A DNA stretch of 48,150 nt. It comes from an uncultured Flavobacteriaceae bacterium (GTDB lineage: Bacteria > Bacteroidota > Bacteroidia > Flavobacteriales > Flavobacteriaceae). The position numbers and the translations under genes were made by a program. Numbering within the stretch: position 1 is the first letter of the stretch; every line of letters starts with the position of its first letter. The notes under the pieces are model-generated. The model did no database searches and was not told where the DNA came from. It worked only from the letters and a program-made list of their open reading frames with translations. The stretch covers positions 1 to 48,150 of the forward strand of contig CAXMOQ010000001.1 in NCBI GenBank assembly GCA_964195015.1, given 5' to 3'. Shown piece after piece: positions 45,484-48,150 of this stretch.

Positions 45484-48087
45484 TCAATTTAGAATTATCT
45501 TTTTAGTGAAAGGCGTCCCGTTTTGAATTATAGATAATAGGTAAACACCTCGTTGAAAAGATGACAAATCTATGGTTCTGATTGTTGTTTGATTGCCAAA
45601 TGGTTGAATCACTTCATTTAATAATGTCTTACCAAGCATATCAAGTAAATGCAAACTTGAGACCCTACTTAATCCTGTTAATTTAATGTTTACAATATCA
45701 TGCGTTGGATTGGGATAGATGGTAAATTCAATATTATTAACATTTCCTTCATCTAAATCTAAAGATGGACTTGTACATTGATTTATTGTAACTTTGACCT
45801 TATCGGAATCCTCCGAAATTCCATTAGAAACAGTCACACTATAAAAGGTAGAGTGGCTAGGACTAACGGTGATACTTTGTGTGATCTCTCCTGTGTCCCA
45901 TAAATATTCTGTTCCTCCAGTGGCAGTAAGAACAACACTTTGTCCATTACAAACAGAAACGTCTTCACCTGCACTAGCCTGAACTGGTTCAATTGTTGAA
46001 ACCAGCACGTCATCCGTATTTGGGCATCCGTTTTGTAAAACAGCCACACTATAAGTTGTTGTTGTATTAGGATTTACTGTGATACTTTGTGAAGTTTCAC
46101 CAGTATTCCATTGAAAAATACTTCCTCCAGAAGCAGTAAGTGTAGTGCTCTGCCCCACTTCGATAGTAACATCATTACCAGCATTTGCAGTTGGCATTGG
46201 ATTTACAGTAACTATTACATCATCGGTATCTGATGCTACACCTTCCGAGACAGTTATGCTATAGGTTGTTGTGGTATTTGGATTTACAGTTATGCTTTGC
46301 GAGGTTTCACCCGTATTCCATAAATACTCTGATCCTCCAGATGCGGTTAGTGTTGCACTATTTCCTTCGCAAATTGCAACATCATTTCCGGCATTGGCGG
46401 TTACATTCCCTGTACTTACAACGGTTACAATGATATCATCTTTTACACTTGAACATCCATTCTGATATGTAGTTACACTATACGTAGTTGTTGTATTTGG
46501 ACTCACCGTTATACTCTGTGAGGTTGCACCGGTACTCCATTGGTAAGTAGTTCCTCCGGAAGCCGTAAGAGTCGTGCTCTGCCCTACCTCTATAGTGACA
46601 TCATTGCCAGCATTGGCTGTTGGGACTGGGTTTACAGTGACTACAACATTATCGTTATCAGAGGCTGCTCCTTCTAAAACGGTTACGCTATAGGTTGTTG
46701 TGGTATTTGGATTTACGGTTATGCTTTGCGAAGTTTCTCCGGTATTCCATAAATATTCTGATCCTCCAGATGCCGTTAGTATTGTACTATTTCCTTCGCA
46801 AATTGCAACATCATTTCCTGCGTTAGCAACTACGGTATTATCGTTATTATCTTGTGGCACTTCTACGATAAAAGATGGCGCATAATCTCCTGTAAAGGCG
46901 TTATTCCAATTACTACCAAACATAACTTTTGTTCCACTTCTATTCGGTACTGCCATGGCAGCATGACCATAACTAATATTATTGGAGTGATGTTTAGCAA
47001 ATCTTTCAACAGTATTAGAATCATCAAGCTTTATTGCAAAAATTTCTCTTGGTGCTACCGGATGATCTGTACAACATCCTTCGCTCACATAAGCCCAACC
47101 TGGTCTATCGGTATTTCTGCAACTAATATGACCGCCCCAAACACCTCCAGGATAATTAAATAAAAGTCTTAAAGGACCTTCATCTAATCTGGCAGACACT
47201 AAATAATACCCTTGGTTCTGACCAGAATTGCCATAAAACCCAACAAACACATCGTTACCGTCTACATCAATTCCTAAATCGCCATGTTCAGTTTGATCGA
47301 TAATATGCTTTTCATTATTCATGTTTACATTGTAAGTCTTTAATCCTTCAGTAGGACCTGAACCATTTGGTCTCCAAGAAACCACAGCATAATCTCCAGA
47401 TTGTGACATACTAAACCAATCTAAATCTCCTTGAGAACCTAAAAATTTCGTTCCTGTAACAACATCGTTTAAAACATCGTAAACTATTAGTGTTAAATCA
47501 CTGCCATTTTCTCCAATGAGTGCAACCCATTTATCGTCTATAGACATATTTCCTTCTCCATATCCATAATCAACCCTAGAATATTCACTAAACTTATATA
47601 ATTCCTGTCTTGTATTTGTTAAAACGTCAAATTTGACAAAGGTGTTATATTCAGTACCATACATTACATTTGGTTCAGAATTAGACCAGGTTGCAGAGCT
47701 TGGAATATCGCTCCAATATAAAAGCTCATAAGTGTTTCCATCTAATATTGCAGCCGGATATCCTGATAATTTAATTAATGAACCATCGGAATTCCATGTT
47801 TGATCTTTTGCATAATGATGTTTTAGTCTTTGATTGGTTACACCAAATACTTGACTATCACTAATCTTGGTAATCGTATTACCAGATAAGCCTTCGGTAA
47901 ACGAAACTAAATATGCGGGTACAGCACCTGAAGGTGGCTGATAACTTGAATAATTAATAGATGAAAGAGGCAAATCCTCAGGGTAATTTTGAGCAGAAGA
48001 CATTAAACTAAATCCCAGTGAACATGTTATAAATGCATAACATGATATATTCCTATAATTAAGGAATTCAAGGTAAAATAAACTCAT
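45484..48087 (-). CDS. T9SS cargo protein: unassigned N-terminal domain (about 420 aa), five Ig-like repeats, type A C-terminal sorting domain
   Basis: The C-terminus FTIYPNPTHDIVNIKL...RGVYLLSIIQNGTPFTKKIILN fits the Por secretion tail. The repeat motif is AGNDV.I..G.S..LTASGG..Y.W.TGETSQSITV.PNTTTTYSV. Confidence 0.85.
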   Translation of the reverse strand: MSLFYLEFLNYRNISCYAFITCSLGFSLMSSAQNYPEDLPLSSINYSSYQPPSGAVPAYLVSFTEGLSGNTITKISDSQVFGVTNQRLKHHYAKDQTWNSDGSLIKLSGYPAAILDGNTYELLYWSDIPSSATWSNSEPNVMYGTEYNTFVKFDVLTNTRQELYKFSEYSRVDYGYGEGNMSIDDKWVALIGENGSDLTLIVYDVLNDVVTGTKFLGSQGDLDWFSMSQSGDYAVVSWRPNGSGPTEGLKTYNVNMNNEKHIIDQTEHGDLGIDVDGNDVFVGFYGNSGQNQGYYLVSARLDEGPLRLLFNYPGGVWGGHISCRNTDRPGWAYVSEGCCTDHPVAPREIFAIKLDDSNTVERFAKHHSNNISYGHAAMAVPNRSGTKVMFGSNWNNAFTGDYAPSFIVEVPQDNNDNTVVANAGNDVAICEGNSTILTASGGSEYLWNTGETSQSITVNPNTTTTYSVTVLEGAASDNDNVVVTVNPVPTANAGNDVTIEVGQSTTLTASGGTTYQWSTGATSQSITVSPNTTTTYSVTTYQNGCSSVKDDIIVTVVSTGNVTANAGNDVAICEGNSATLTASGGSEYLWNTGETSQSITVNPNTTTTYSITVSEGVASDTDDVIVTVNPMPTANAGNDVTIEVGQSTTLTASGGSIFQWNTGETSQSITVNPNTTTTYSVAVLQNGCPNTDDVLVSTIEPVQASAGEDVSVCNGQSVVLTATGGTEYLWDTGEITQSITVSPSHSTFYSVTVSNGISEDSDKVKVTINQCTSPSLDLDEGNVNNIEFTIYPNPTHDIVNIKLTGLSRVSSLHLLDMLGKTLLNEVIQPFGNQTTIRTIDLSSFQRGVYLLSIIQNGTPFTKKIILN
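45778..46827. repeat. five tandem coding repeats of 67-73 codons (A-B-A-B-A' organisation)
   Basis: Residues 421-770 of the cargo protein. Units A1 and A2 lie 429 bp apart and are roughly 90 percent identical at the DNA level by eye over about 135 nt, with differences mostly at third codon positions. Confidence 0.85.
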
Positions 48088-48150
48088 TGCATTTGGGGCA
48101 TTTGCTATTAATCGGTACTAATCTATCAAAACATTTTTTTTAGAAAATTA

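Noticed and set aside
45778-46827. Regularly spaced repeats, considered as a possible CRISPR array
   Set aside because: The repeats are about 210 bp, in frame, inside a long ORF, and encode Ig-like protein domains. There is no short repeat and spacer structure and there are no cas genes.
2016-47163. Many 60-147 aa ORFs in the track lying antisense to or out of frame with large conserved genes. Examples are 2016-2315, 3087-3359, 5672-5968, 7727-8005, 9674-9898, 13089-13343, 16209-16652, 19033-19383, 22956-23354, 24604-24945, 35848-36261, 36947-37378, 38379-38675, 44365-44869, 46233-46885 and 46852-47163.
   Set aside because: They are fully embedded in well-supported genes on the opposite strand or in another frame. 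They have low-complexity or odd composition and no recognisable motifs, so I treat them as shadow ORFs.

Overview
Visibly AT-rich chromosomal segment with Flavobacteriia/Bacteroidota hallmarks: a T9SS C-terminal sorting domain, a PorX-type receiver-PglZ regulator, fused LpxC-FabZ, and fused HisB and HisIE. It is almost entirely core metabolism, mostly on the minus strand. In order, it holds an EF-G paralogue with three small ORFs, an M16 peptidase and an MscS-like channel. Then come leuC-leuD-leuA-leuB, a thioesterase, a dioxygenase-like protein, ftcD and an SRAP peptidase. A TetR+SDR pair, a DUF2461 protein and truA follow. A complete his operon (hisG-D-C-[GIY-YIG]-B-H-A-F-IE) is next. After it come an SPFH protein plus a vWA membrane protein, fabG, sucD and a lipid A cluster (lpxD2-efp-lpxA-lpxC/fabZ-lpxD). 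The window ends with an HD hydrolase, porX-like, tsaE, an alanine dehydrogenase family gene and a large repeat-containing T9SS cargo protein. I recognised no rRNA, tRNA, CRISPR array, transposase or integrase, and I do not see a convincing multi-gene novel (defence-like) system. Several things deserve a second look. (1) A His-codon leader peptide with terminator and antiterminator sits upstream of hisG. (2) A small GIY-YIG ORF bracketed by palindromic repeats is inserted between hisC and hisB. (3) Several families of REP-like palindromic repeats fill most operon-internal and intergenic spacers. (4) The LpxC domain appears to lack about 38 residues. (5) The EF-G paralogue has lost the catalytic switch II histidine. 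(6) A shared imperfect palindrome lies in front of both the TetR and SDR genes. (7) The T9SS cargo gene contains an ABABA tandem coding repeat. Non-ORF coordinates were counted by hand and could be off by 1-2 nt.
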